From: Bacteroidota bacterium
Lineage (GTDB): Bacteria; Bacteroidota; Rhodothermia; Balneolales; HLUCCA01
Assembly: GCA_020832235.1 (NCBI GenBank)
Contig: JAFIEZ010000003.1
Coordinates: 76,224-140,223 of the forward strand
Direction of reading: 5' to 3'
DNA length: 64,000 nt
Part shown: positions 1 through 8,905 of the stretch, piece after piece
Numbering within the stretch: the stretch's first letter is position 1
How the letters are laid out: every line of letters starts with the position of its first letter
The notes under the pieces: generated by a model
The model's input: only the letters and a program-made list of their open reading frames with translations
What the model was told of the DNA's origin: nothing
Database searches by the model: none
Translations under genes and position numbers: made by a program

Positions 1-479
1 GAACCCATTCCCGCTAGTCGGGCCTGTACAATCACAAAGACAAAGGCAATGTTGAAGGTGATGTGGGCTATGATTACCGAAACGAGTCCTAAGGTGAGCT
101 GGATGAACACGTAAAACGTCAGCAGTGATACGGCCATTACAATCTCCGGAATCACAATGGGCAGGTATAAGATGGCATCAAACAGCTTCTTGCCCCGAAA
201 CACGTAGCGGTGCATGGCTAAGGCCGCCATCGTGCCGAGTATGGTAGCAATGGCCGTGGATGTTAGTCCTACTACCAGGCTGTTATACACACTGTCCAGC
301 AAGTCCGCATCGGTGAGCAGTCTTCGGTACCAGTCTAAGGTGAATCCTGTCCACACAGCGTTGATGCGCTCCTGATTGAATGAAAACACGATGAGTATGA
401 GGATGGGAGCGTAAATGAACGCAAATACACCCCATGCATGCAGTCCGAGGAAAAATCGACCAGCGTTGAATTTGCTCAT
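1..479 (-). CDS. potC: ABC transporter permease, PotC-like; 3' end cut by the window edge
   Basis: Absent from the ORF track because it runs off the left edge. Hand translation of the minus strand from ATG 479 gives MSKFNAGRFFLGLHAWGVFAFIYAPILILIVFSFNQERINAVWTGFTLDWYRRLL..., open to position 1. It resembles the E. coli PotC N-terminus (IYAPILILIVFSFN vs LYIPIIILIVNSFN). ATGA start/stop overlap with potB. Confidence 0.75.
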   Translation of the reverse strand, partial: MSKFNAGRFFLGLHAWGVFAFIYAPILILIVFSFNQERINAVWTGFTLDWYRRLLTDADLLDSVYNSLVVGLTSTAIATILGTMAALAMHRYVFRGKKLFDAILYLPIVIPEIVMAVSLLTFYVFIQLTLGLVSVIIAHITFNIAFVFVIVQARLAGMG

Positions 480-1330
480 TTCGCCTCCGCTGCTTTGTCG
501 AAGTTGTTGGTTCCCCATCGGGCATAGGCAAAGAGCAGTAACAGTACTATGGCCATAACGATGAAGGAGAGCGCTGCGCCGAAGGGCCAGTCGCGGGCAG
601 CAAGGAACTGTACCTGAATCAGATTTCCTACCATCAGGCTTTTAGCACCGCCAAGTAAATCGGGAGTAATATAGGCGCCCAAACAAGGCACAAACACCAG
701 AATACAGCCCGATATAATGCCCGGTTTGGTCAAAGGCAGCATGATACTTTTGAAGGACTGCCAGCTGGTTGCTCCGAGATCACGACAAGCATCGAAGAGA
801 GCCCTGTCAAGCTTTTCAATGCTCACGTAAATGGGCAGCACCATAAACGGGAGATAGGTGTACACAAGTCCAATAATAACGGCCGTCTGGGTGAAGAGTA
901 TTTCCAGTGGACTTGAAATCAGTCCGAGCGAAAGCAAGGTGTTATTCAGCAGCCCTTCTGTGCGCAGAATAAAGATCCATGCGTAGGTTCTCACCAGAAA
1001 GTTGGTCCAGAAAGGCACGATCAGTAACACCAGCAACAGCTTTTTCATCTTGGCCGATTGCCGCGCGATGTACCAGGCTAGTGGATACCCCAAAACCAGG
1101 CAAATCAGTGTACTTACAACAGAGATCCAGGTCGACCGCCATAAAGTCTTCGCATACAATGGATCAATTGCCCGGAGGTAGTTGTCCAGCGAAAACGTGT
1201 ACACGATATCTCCGTAAATACCCCGCTCAAAAAAACTATAAACGAAAATGATAAGCAGCGGAGCTACAAAGAAAATCCCAAGCCAGATGGCCGGTGGACC
1301 CAGTGTTATGTACTTCTGAAGGGACTTCAT
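476..1330 (-). CDS. potB: spermidine/putrescine-type ABC transporter permease
   Basis: 284-aa polytopic ORF colinear with E. coli PotB (LIVPFWTN, IEKLD...A.RDLGA EAA loop, DWPFGAA). 4-nt overlaps with the genes on both sides. Confidence 0.85.
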   Translation of the reverse strand: MKSLQKYITLGPPAIWLGIFFVAPLLIIFVYSFFERGIYGDIVYTFSLDNYLRAIDPLYAKTLWRSTWISVVSTLICLVLGYPLAWYIARQSAKMKKLLLVLLIVPFWTNFLVRTYAWIFILRTEGLLNNTLLSLGLISSPLEILFTQTAVIIGLVYTYLPFMVLPIYVSIEKLDRALFDACRDLGATSWQSFKSIMLPLTKPGIISGCILVFVPCLGAYITPDLLGGAKSLMVGNLIQVQFLAARDWPFGAALSFIVMAIVLLLLFAYARWGTNNFDKAAEAK

Positions 1331-2463
1331 GAGGCGTTCACGGTGCCTTTATCGGGCATTGGCAGAATGATGGTGTCTTCGTTTTTCCAGCTTAACTGCA
1401 CCGAAGCTCCCTGCTCAGGCAGCTCCAGAGAACCGTTGTTCATGAAGAGCACATTCAAATGTGATCCCGCCGGAGTAATGCACTCAATCTGGTAATGATT
1501 TCCTGTAAAGATGCGCTCGGAAACCACCGCCTGAAGTTGATTTTGGCGTGTTTCATCGGTTGCATTCAAGGCAATTTTCTCCGGACGGATGCCAACCGTC
1601 ACCTGGTCTGCCTCTTTGAAACCAGGCGCTGAAGCTTCGATGAATCCATCATGTACCGAAACACGGCATCCAGTGGATGTTGCCTGTTGAACCGATCCCT
1701 CAAGAAAATTACACTCGCCCAGGAAGTCGCACACGTAATGCGAAACCGGCTGATTGTACAGGGTATGGGCATCGGAAATCTGCTCAAATCGCCCCTTGTT
1801 CATAACCGCAATCCGGTCGCCGAGGGTGAGGGCTTCGTCCTGATCGTGGGTAACGCAAATAAAGGTTGTACCCAATTTGCGCTGTAACTGACGCAGTTCC
1901 GATTGCATCTGCTTGCGCAGCTTTACATCCAAGGCACCCAGGGGTTCATCCAGCAGCAGTACGGATGGCTCGTTAACAATAGCTCTTGCCAGGGCCACCC
2001 GCTGCATTTGTCCACCACTCATTTGAGAGGGCATGCGGGACGAAAAATCGGGTAAACTCACCAGTCGCAGTGCCTCGGTAACGTTCTCTCTAACCTTCGT
2101 TTCACTTACCTTTTTCATCCGCAGACCAAACGCAACGTTATCAAAAACGTTCATGTGCGGGAAGAGGGCATAGTTCTGAAACACGGTATTCACGTCGCGG
2201 AGGTGTGCCGGGGTGTGGGTTATATCGGTACCGTTGAGTACAATCCTGCCCGCATCCGGTTCCAGTAATCCCGATAAAATGCGCAGCAACGTCGTTTTTC
2301 CGCACCCGCTAGGACCGAGTAAAAAGAAAAACTCCCCTTCATTGACCGTCAAATCCAGATCATTTAAAACAATCTGCTGGACGTATTGTTTCCGGATGTT
2401 TTCGACAGATAGTAACGGTTTCAACGGTTTGTAGATGTTACTCGGATGTGGGTTAATTGCCAC
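1327..2463 (-). CDS. potA: spermidine/putrescine-type ABC transporter ATP-binding protein
   Basis: 378 aa. Walker A GPSGCGKTT, signature MSGGQMQRVALARA, Walker B LLLDEP, H-loop VTHDQ, C-terminal TOBE-like tail. The start at 2463 is GTG. Confidence 0.85.
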   Translation of the reverse strand: MAINPHPSNIYKPLKPLLSVENIRKQYVQQIVLNDLDLTVNEGEFFFLLGPSGCGKTTLLRILSGLLEPDAGRIVLNGTDITHTPAHLRDVNTVFQNYALFPHMNVFDNVAFGLRMKKVSETKVRENVTEALRLVSLPDFSSRMPSQMSGGQMQRVALARAIVNEPSVLLLDEPLGALDVKLRKQMQSELRQLQRKLGTTFICVTHDQDEALTLGDRIAVMNKGRFEQISDAHTLYNQPVSHYVCDFLGECNFLEGSVQQATSTGCRVSVHDGFIEASAPGFKEADQVTVGIRPEKIALNATDETRQNQLQAVVSERIFTGNHYQIECITPAGSHLNVLFMNNGSLELPEQGASVQLSWKNEDTIILPMPDKGTVNAS

Positions 2464-2515
2464 AAAAATACGAAAAACTATCTACTACCAAGCTTAAATC
2501 CCGAAAAACTGTGAT

Positions 2516-3760
2516 TTACTCGTATCGAAGCGATTCTACCGGTTCCAGCCGTGATGCTTTTCTTGCAGGAAATACACCTGCTACAAATCCGATGGCGGTT
2601 AACACACCCACCGTAATGAGTACAACCGTTTGCGACAAAACGGGTTGACCCAAAAATTCACCTGCACCTTCGGTTAGGTTCAGCGACAGCACAAACTCCA
2701 CAATCAAGGTTGCCCCGGCTATGCCAAGTCCGCCTCCGATAAAAGAGATGAGCAGGCTTTCGGTAATAAATTGCATCGTAATATGATGATTTTTGGCACC
2801 AAGGGCTTTCTTCACGCCGATTTCACGGGTGCGTTCTTTGACCACTACATACATGATATTGGCGACGCCCACACCGGCAATAAGCAGGGTAAAGAATCCG
2901 ACTGCGAATAAAAATATGGTCACTCCGGTACCCACAGCCCGGCTAATGCGCTCCATTTCAATGAAATCCCAGATAGCGATGGCTTCCTGATCCGCCGGAT
3001 CAAACTGATATTTACGCGCCAGAACCCGTGTAATCTCTTCCTTAACGATGAGCTGTTTGTCAGGTTCAGTTGGACGAATCAGTATAGAGCCCAAAAACCG
3101 CTGTGAGTACATATTGCGGTAGGTGGTATACGGGATAATGGCTCTGTCTGCATCGGGACCATGACTCATCGCTGTTTGCATCTTTGCCTCCATCACCCCA
3201 ACGATGGTAAATGGCGTTCCGTCGAGCTGCACAATACTGCCAACCGCGTCGCCATCAGGGTACAGCCTCAGTGCGATTTCATTGCCGAGGAAAATAACCC
3301 GGCGCTGTTCGGCAACATCAAGGGCATTCAAAAACCGACCTCCCGCTGCCGGGTACATGGTACGCATGACTTCGAAATCCGGATTCACCCCCTCGCCGTA
3401 GGTATTGGTACTAGCATGTGGACTGCGCAGGTTCATATCATAACGGCCGTATTGCGGACTGATGTAACCGATGTAGGGAACAGTCTCTTCGAGCAGACGG
3501 ATGTCGTCTTCGGTGAAACGAATTCTTCGGCCAACACCCAGTCCGTCATGATTGATGGAGGTTTGACCCGAGTAAATCATCATCACCTGATTACCCGCGC
3601 CAAGCATGCCTTCCAGCATCTTGTTGCTCACGCCCTGACCAAATGCCAGCAACAGAATCACTGCAAAGGTACCCCATGATATGGCAATGATGGTCAGAAA
3701 AGCGCGAAGCTTTTGATTTCGGATATCCTGAAAAAACTCGGTTAACAGTATGCGCCACAT
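2516..3760 (-). CDS. MacB/FtsX-family ABC transporter permease
   Basis: 414 aa. N-terminal TM helix, large periplasmic domain, C-terminal FtsX bundle preceded by ERTREIGVKKALGAKN. Confidence 0.8.
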   Translation of the reverse strand: MWRILLTEFFQDIRNQKLRAFLTIIAISWGTFAVILLLAFGQGVSNKMLEGMLGAGNQVMMIYSGQTSINHDGLGVGRRIRFTEDDIRLLEETVPYIGYISPQYGRYDMNLRSPHASTNTYGEGVNPDFEVMRTMYPAAGGRFLNALDVAEQRRVIFLGNEIALRLYPDGDAVGSIVQLDGTPFTIVGVMEAKMQTAMSHGPDADRAIIPYTTYRNMYSQRFLGSILIRPTEPDKQLIVKEEITRVLARKYQFDPADQEAIAIWDFIEMERISRAVGTGVTIFLFAVGFFTLLIAGVGVANIMYVVVKERTREIGVKKALGAKNHHITMQFITESLLISFIGGGLGIAGATLIVEFVLSLNLTEGAGEFLGQPVLSQTVVLITVGVLTAIGFVAGVFPARKASRLEPVESLRYE

Positions 3761-3764
3761 AATA

Positions 3765-4988
3765 TCAGTTCCTTAAACATTCTACGATATCCAGGCGGGA
3801 TGCCCGCATGGCAGGTAAGAACCCTGCGGTAAGTCCAATGAAGGAGAGTACCGCGAAGGCAATCAGTCCAACTTCGGCAGAAAAAATGGGTGAGCCCACG
3901 AACTCCTGAATTGGGTTATTCTGCAGTGCTTGAACGATTCCCCATCCCACCAGGTAACCCATTGCTGCGCCTATACCAACGATGAGAAAGCTCTCCGTGA
4001 AAAACTGCAGCATGATGGTCGATCTTCGCGCGCCGGTTGCCCGGCGGATGCCAATTTCTTTGGTTCTCTCCTGAACCACCACGAACATGATGTTCGCCAC
4101 GCCTATGCCACCAACGGCCAGGGTGAAAAACCCGATGATGCCCAAAAAACCGTTCATTGCCAGGAAAAAGTAGTAGAAAAAAGTCCACGCTTCGTTGGTG
4201 TCCCATATTGGACCTGCGTTCTGGTCTGTCGGATTAAACCGGTATTTTCGCGCCAAAGCTTCGCGTACCTGTGTGCGAACCTCGTCGGCGATAACCGGCG
4301 ACTCAACGGTATAGATGATATTGTTGAGCTGATCTGTCCCAAAAAGCGTACTGAAAGTAGATGCCGGGATGAAAGCTCTGCTCTCGTCCCGCGCGCTGTA
4401 CGAAGAGTTCTGTGATTTTTTCTCCATCACACCAATGACCAGAAACGGACTTTGACCAACCAGTACGGTTTGACCTACAGGGTTATCTCCGTTGAAAAGC
4501 AGTTCTGCAAGCCGGTCGCCCAAAAAAATTACCCGGCGTCGTTCGCTGATGTCTATCGGATTAAACCATCGGCCGCCCTCCTGAGGGAAGATATTGCGCA
4601 TATCGGAGTAGTTTACATGAACGCCGCCTATGTTAGGGGTATTCATCCGGTCACCGACACGAAGCGTGCGATTCCAGGCGGAGTATTCCGGTGAGATGTC
4701 CAGAATTCCAGGTACCTCTTGCTTGATGTAAGCGGCATCGGCTTCGCGCAGCTGAATGCGTCGGCCAACGCCCATTCCGGCATAGGGCTGGGATGTTCTG
4801 CCGTTAAATACAATGGCGATATTATCACCCATGCCCCGGAAATTAAGCATCATCTGGTCGCGGAAACCCATCCCAAAGGCCAGCAGCAGAATAAGCGTGG
4901 CCGTTCCCCACATGATTCCGAAAACTGTGAGGAAGGTTCGCAAACGCTGCTGATTAATCTGGCTGATAAATTCACGAAGCAGGTTCAT
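3765..4988 (-). CDS. MacB/FtsX-family ABC transporter permease (paralog of 2516-3760)
   Basis: 407 aa with the same architecture (ERTKEIGIRRATGARR). 4-nt gap to the downstream paralog. Confidence 0.8.
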   Translation of the reverse strand: MNLLREFISQINQQRLRTFLTVFGIMWGTATLILLLAFGMGFRDQMMLNFRGMGDNIAIVFNGRTSQPYAGMGVGRRIQLREADAAYIKQEVPGILDISPEYSAWNRTLRVGDRMNTPNIGGVHVNYSDMRNIFPQEGGRWFNPIDISERRRVIFLGDRLAELLFNGDNPVGQTVLVGQSPFLVIGVMEKKSQNSSYSARDESRAFIPASTFSTLFGTDQLNNIIYTVESPVIADEVRTQVREALARKYRFNPTDQNAGPIWDTNEAWTFFYYFFLAMNGFLGIIGFFTLAVGGIGVANIMFVVVQERTKEIGIRRATGARRSTIMLQFFTESFLIVGIGAAMGYLVGWGIVQALQNNPIQEFVGSPIFSAEVGLIAFAVLSFIGLTAGFLPAMRASRLDIVECLRN

Positions 4989-5000
4989 GACCGTACCCGT

Positions 5001-6101
5001 TTAAATGGTGAGTGATCTGCGTGGACGTTCCAGAACTTTCTGGCCTTCTTCAAGTCCGGAAGTGATTTCAATCATGATGGCATTGCTTGATCCGGTTTGG
5101 ATTTCGACTTCATTCGCGCTGCCGGTAAGTTCATCGGTCAGGACTTCCACGAAGGCTTTGTCATCACGGAATTCAATCACCCGTTCGGGTACAAGCAGGA
5201 TGTCATCCAGCTGCTTGATGATGATATCGGCGTTGGCAGAATATCCGGCGCGCAAAATGGCTCCGCCTGTACTGGTGATATCGATTTCAACAGGAAATAC
5301 CGTGGTATTATCCTGCCGGGTGGCTTTCAGTGATATGGTTCGCAGGATTCCGGTAACCCGTGTACCCGGCAGCGCACCGATTTTCAGCTCTACAGGCATA
5401 CCTTCGGTCAGTTTACCCACATCAATTTCATCTACGGTACCTTTAAATATGAGTCCGCTCATATCGGCGATACTCATCAGCGCTGTACCAGCCTGGTAGG
5501 AGGTAAGAGGCACAACAGGGTCGCCAATGTCCACCATACGTTCAAGAACATATCCGGATATCGGGGCTTTGATCACGCTTTCTATTTCGATACCACCAAC
5601 GGTAACCCGACCCGACTCGAGCAATTCGAGTCGTTCGCGATTCATTTGCAGACGTACCATGGCGTCGTTATGCTGGCGTTCGATTTCCTCGAACTCACTG
5701 CGCGAAATCATGCCGCGTTCCATCAGCTGCGACTGCCGCCGTATCGTTTGAGCGATGGTGTTGGCCTGAATTTCAGAAAGCTCAACATTTCGGCGTGCTT
5801 CGGCCAGTTCAAGCGGAGTAGGATCGGGCTGCACCTCGATAAGCGGATCACCTTGTCGTACGTAGGTGCCGGGCTGGGCGAAGATGTGTCGCACGACTCC
5901 CGAAACTTTAGATTTCACCTCAACCTGATGTTCAGGCTGAATCGTGCCCACAGCCAGGGCTTTTTCAACGATGCTGCCTCGGGTGACTTCAACCATAGGC
6001 TGCGTTTCGGGTTCTTTATTACTGACACTATGTTGATAGTACCAGTAGCCGCCTCCGAATGAAACGGCCAATATGATGAGGGTGATGATCCACTTTTTCA
6101 T
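5001..6101 (-). CDS. efflux transporter periplasmic adaptor subunit (HlyD/MacA family)
   Basis: 366 aa. N-terminal membrane anchor, lipoyl/barrel-sandwich segments flanking a coiled-coil hairpin. First gene of the string with the two FtsX permeases. Confidence 0.8.
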   Translation of the reverse strand: MKKWIITLIILAVSFGGGYWYYQHSVSNKEPETQPMVEVTRGSIVEKALAVGTIQPEHQVEVKSKVSGVVRHIFAQPGTYVRQGDPLIEVQPDPTPLELAEARRNVELSEIQANTIAQTIRRQSQLMERGMISRSEFEEIERQHNDAMVRLQMNRERLELLESGRVTVGGIEIESVIKAPISGYVLERMVDIGDPVVPLTSYQAGTALMSIADMSGLIFKGTVDEIDVGKLTEGMPVELKIGALPGTRVTGILRTISLKATRQDNTTVFPVEIDITSTGGAILRAGYSANADIIIKQLDDILLVPERVIEFRDDKAFVEVLTDELTGSANEVEIQTGSSNAIMIEITSGLEEGQKVLERPRRSLTI

Positions 6102-6206
6102 AACTCAATGGGATTACGATGATTGACAGGTGTTTTGCATCATTTTACGATGGGGTTCTTCAATTAGTTACGCAAACAGGGTTTGAGAAATGCTGTATAT
6201 TTGAAA

Positions 6207-7238
6207 ATGCAAACCCGATTCGACTACATTTTCCACGAAAACCTTGATTTTCACGCAGCCTTGCAGGATGTACTGGAGTATCAGCTGGGTATGAATCGCG
6301 TATACCGTACGTTTTATGATGGAGTACAATCAATGAACCTGGGCGGAAGGCCGCCCCAGAACCAGGACGAAGCGCTACCTTTGGGCGGGGGAGAAGTGCT
6401 GCCGCTGATGCCGGTAGAAGCCTTTCGCGATGCTCGTGTATACGCTGCCGGCAATCATCCCCCGGAGCTTTTCTTCCAAAGCAGCGGCACAACTACCTCC
6501 GTGCGCTCACGGCATGAGGTGGCATTCGCGGAGGTGTACAGAACATCCATTTTTGCGGGAATGCAGGCGTTTTATGCCCTGGAAAACATGGTGGTGCTGG
6601 GATATACACCCGGCTACAATGAAAATCCAAACAGCTCACTGGTGTGGATGATCAACGCGCTGATCGACTCCGACCCCACAGGACTCAGTCGTTTTTTGCC
6701 TATCGGACAATCCATTTCCCGCGATCTGCTCAACGAAATCGAGCGAAATGAACGGTCTGTACTGCTTTTTGGAGCCGCTTTCGGTCTGGTAGACCTGGCT
6801 GAGCAGCATCCTACTACCTTGCCTGAGGGCAGTATTATTATGGAAACCGGCGGTATGAAAACCTATCGTCGGGAAATGTCTCGTCAGCAGCTCCATGAAA
6901 TGCTTGCCGATGGCTTTGCACTTCCGTGGGAATCCATTCACTCGGAGTATGGCATGACAGAGCTCCTGTCGCAGTCGTATGCATTGGGTGATGAATGGTT
7001 CAGATGTCCGGCCTGGGTGCGTACAAGTATCCGCAATCCGTTGAATCCGGTGCAGGAACTGCCGGCCGGACAGGAGGGACTCATTGGTGTAATCGACCTT
7101 GCTAATTGGGCTTCGTGTCCGTTCGTGTTAACCGGCGACAGGGGTGTGCAGCGCGCCGACGGAGCGTTTCAGGTGCTGGGAAGGTGGAGTCAGTACCATT
7201 TACGGGGATGTAATTTTCTGCTGGAGGACGGACCATGA
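6207..7238 (+). CDS. LuxE-like acyl-protein synthetase (ANL-superfamily adenylating enzyme)
   Basis: The ORF track starts at TTG 6183; the first ATG is at 6207. P-loop-like FFQSSGTTTSVRSRH and METGGMKTYRREM motifs are typical of LuxE-family proteins. ATGA overlap with the LuxC-like gene. Confidence 0.6.
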   Translation: MQTRFDYIFHENLDFHAALQDVLEYQLGMNRVYRTFYDGVQSMNLGGRPPQNQDEALPLGGGEVLPLMPVEAFRDARVYAAGNHPPELFFQSSGTTTSVRSRHEVAFAEVYRTSIFAGMQAFYALENMVVLGYTPGYNENPNSSLVWMINALIDSDPTGLSRFLPIGQSISRDLLNEIERNERSVLLFGAAFGLVDLAEQHPTTLPEGSIIMETGGMKTYRREMSRQQLHEMLADGFALPWESIHSEYGMTELLSQSYALGDEWFRCPAWVRTSIRNPLNPVQELPAGQEGLIGVIDLANWASCPFVLTGDRGVQRADGAFQVLGRWSQYHLRGCNFLLEDGP

Positions 7239-8284
7239 ACGAGCATCTTGAGCATCGCCTGCAGTGCGTCGTTAATGCCCTGAATGTGTGGCTAGACGGA
7301 TATCAACGCCCGGGAAGTCCATTGCAACGGGCGATGGAGAAAACAGCTGAACAAGGACTTTTCCCCATACAGGATATCCGTTTTGGTGTTGAACATTTGT
7401 GCAATACGGTGTTGAATGGAGAGCCGGAGTCCTGGCTTCGGGCTGTTCTGGCTGATGGTTTTCGCGATAACCGCTCTGAGACGGTCCTTTGCCTGCACGC
7501 TGGAAACCTGCCCCTAGTCGGATTTCAGGATGTGCTTGCGGTGCTGCTATCCGGGGCGGGATATGCCGGTAAGCTATCGCGCAAAGATCCCTGGTTAATC
7601 GCCTCCTTTCTGGAATGTTTGCGAACTTTGGATGCATCTATTCCCATTGAAACCACACTGGATTTGGCCACCTACGAAGGCCGGCAGTTCAAACGGTGGA
7701 TGTTTGCCGGCTCGGATGACGGATTGCTGCGCGTATCGGCAGCGCTGCAAAACATGGGCGTGCTGCACAAAGATGCGCAGGCTTTACTCCGAACCGCGCA
7801 CTTTTCGGCGGCCTATTTGTCCGAGTGGAGCGATGCCCACATCGAAGACCTGATTGAATCCATACTTCGATACGACGGAAAAGGATGTCGGTCGGTGGCC
7901 ATCATCTATGCCCCGATTCCGCTTGAAAAAGTGGCGGCGTCCCTGCAAAAGGCCGGCGCACAGTGGCTGGAGCGCAATCGATTTGATGGCAGTTCCGCGC
8001 CGATAGTGGGCTTTCGCGCCGCATACAACGCTGCCGTTGGAATCCCCTCGGTTTTGGTGGGCACCCAACTCATTCAGGAAGGGGTAGCCTCACCCGACCA
8101 CCCTGAAATCGTGTACTGGCAACGCATTAAAGATGTTCACGAGCCTCGTTTAGCCTATGGGAAGGCGTTGCAGGAGGTGTATGGTGATGCAGGAGCCCCG
8201 TTGCACGAGGCACAGCGGCCACCCATCAGCTGGAGACCCGATGGCAGCGATCCGCTGGCCTGGTTACTTGGCGTTAACGGGTGA
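7235..8284 (+). CDS. LuxC-like acyl-CoA reductase family protein
   Basis: 349 aa. HAGNLPLVGFQD motif and size fit Bacteroidota LuxC-family proteins. Translationally coupled to the LuxE-like gene. Confidence 0.55.
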   Translation: MNEHLEHRLQCVVNALNVWLDGYQRPGSPLQRAMEKTAEQGLFPIQDIRFGVEHLCNTVLNGEPESWLRAVLADGFRDNRSETVLCLHAGNLPLVGFQDVLAVLLSGAGYAGKLSRKDPWLIASFLECLRTLDASIPIETTLDLATYEGRQFKRWMFAGSDDGLLRVSAALQNMGVLHKDAQALLRTAHFSAAYLSEWSDAHIEDLIESILRYDGKGCRSVAIIYAPIPLEKVAASLQKAGAQWLERNRFDGSSAPIVGFRAAYNAAVGIPSVLVGTQLIQEGVASPDHPEIVYWQRIKDVHEPRLAYGKALQEVYGDAGAPLHEAQRPPISWRPDGSDPLAWLLGVNG

Positions 8285-8300
8285 GGATCTGTATGGAGGT

Positions 8301-8359
8301 CGTAATGCTCATTCATTGCATCGCAGTCTGTAAGGCGGAACCTTGATGGGGCGCTATTT
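8301..8359. repeat. left copy of the 59-bp direct repeat
   Basis: cgtaatgctcattcattgcatcgcagtctgtaaggcggaaccttgatggggcGctattt. Identical to 13645-13703 except for one base. It covers the stop codon and 3' flank of the 125-aa ORF. Confidence 0.95.
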
Positions 8360-8731
8360 CTTAATGCGGTCAAGTACGATTACGCGCTGACCATTCCAGG
8401 TGTCTTCGTTGGTAATTTCGTAGACGTAGCGTGTTTTTTTGTAGTCTATGGAAAGCGCATCAAGGGAGGTAGAAAAATTGATAAGGTGGGATTTGTCCGT
8501 GCTGACAATTTTGCGGGTGTCATCGGTTTTTTGTTTGAAGAAGACTAAAAACAGCTTTTGCTCGGGTTTATGCTGGTCGTCAACGGCGAGGGCCACGTGG
8601 AGATCTTTCCCCTGTGTGATATCCAGCTTGAGCGCCGCACTTTTATTGAAGGATAAGTGGCCATTGGAGTAGATGGTTACCTTTGCTGTAGCTGCCAGAC
8701 CTTTGGATCCGGATACAATAGTAAGTTTCAT
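8354..8731 (-). CDS. hypothetical protein, 125 aa, no recognised family
   Basis: Clean ORF with no signal peptide. A decayed partial second copy lies at 13698-13755. Confidence 0.55.
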   Translation of the reverse strand: MKLTIVSGSKGLAATAKVTIYSNGHLSFNKSAALKLDITQGKDLHVALAVDDQHKPEQKLFLVFFKQKTDDTRKIVSTDKSHLINFSTSLDALSIDYKKTRYVYEITNEDTWNGQRVIVLDRIKK

Positions 8732-8905
8732 AGGGTTTTGTAGATGCTGCTAGTTGGTAGGGTTTATAGTAGGGAATGGTATATACTTAATATATATATA
8801 TTAGGATTTAAAGGTATTTAAAATACCGGCCAGATGCCCCGTAGAGCACCTGGCCGTCAAGGTTTTGATTGCGTGGTATGAGCAGGTTTGCCAGTCTTGG
8901 TTGCA

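Noticed and set aside
283-531. 82-aa minus-strand ORF across the potB/potC junction
   Set aside because: It is out of frame with the strongly supported PotC-like reading (ATG 479, open to the window edge) and overlaps both permease genes.
6160-6492. 110-aa minus-strand ORF overlapping the start of the LuxE-like gene
   Set aside because: It overlaps the better-supported plus-strand gene, the product is Arg/Pro-rich, and it has no partner signals.
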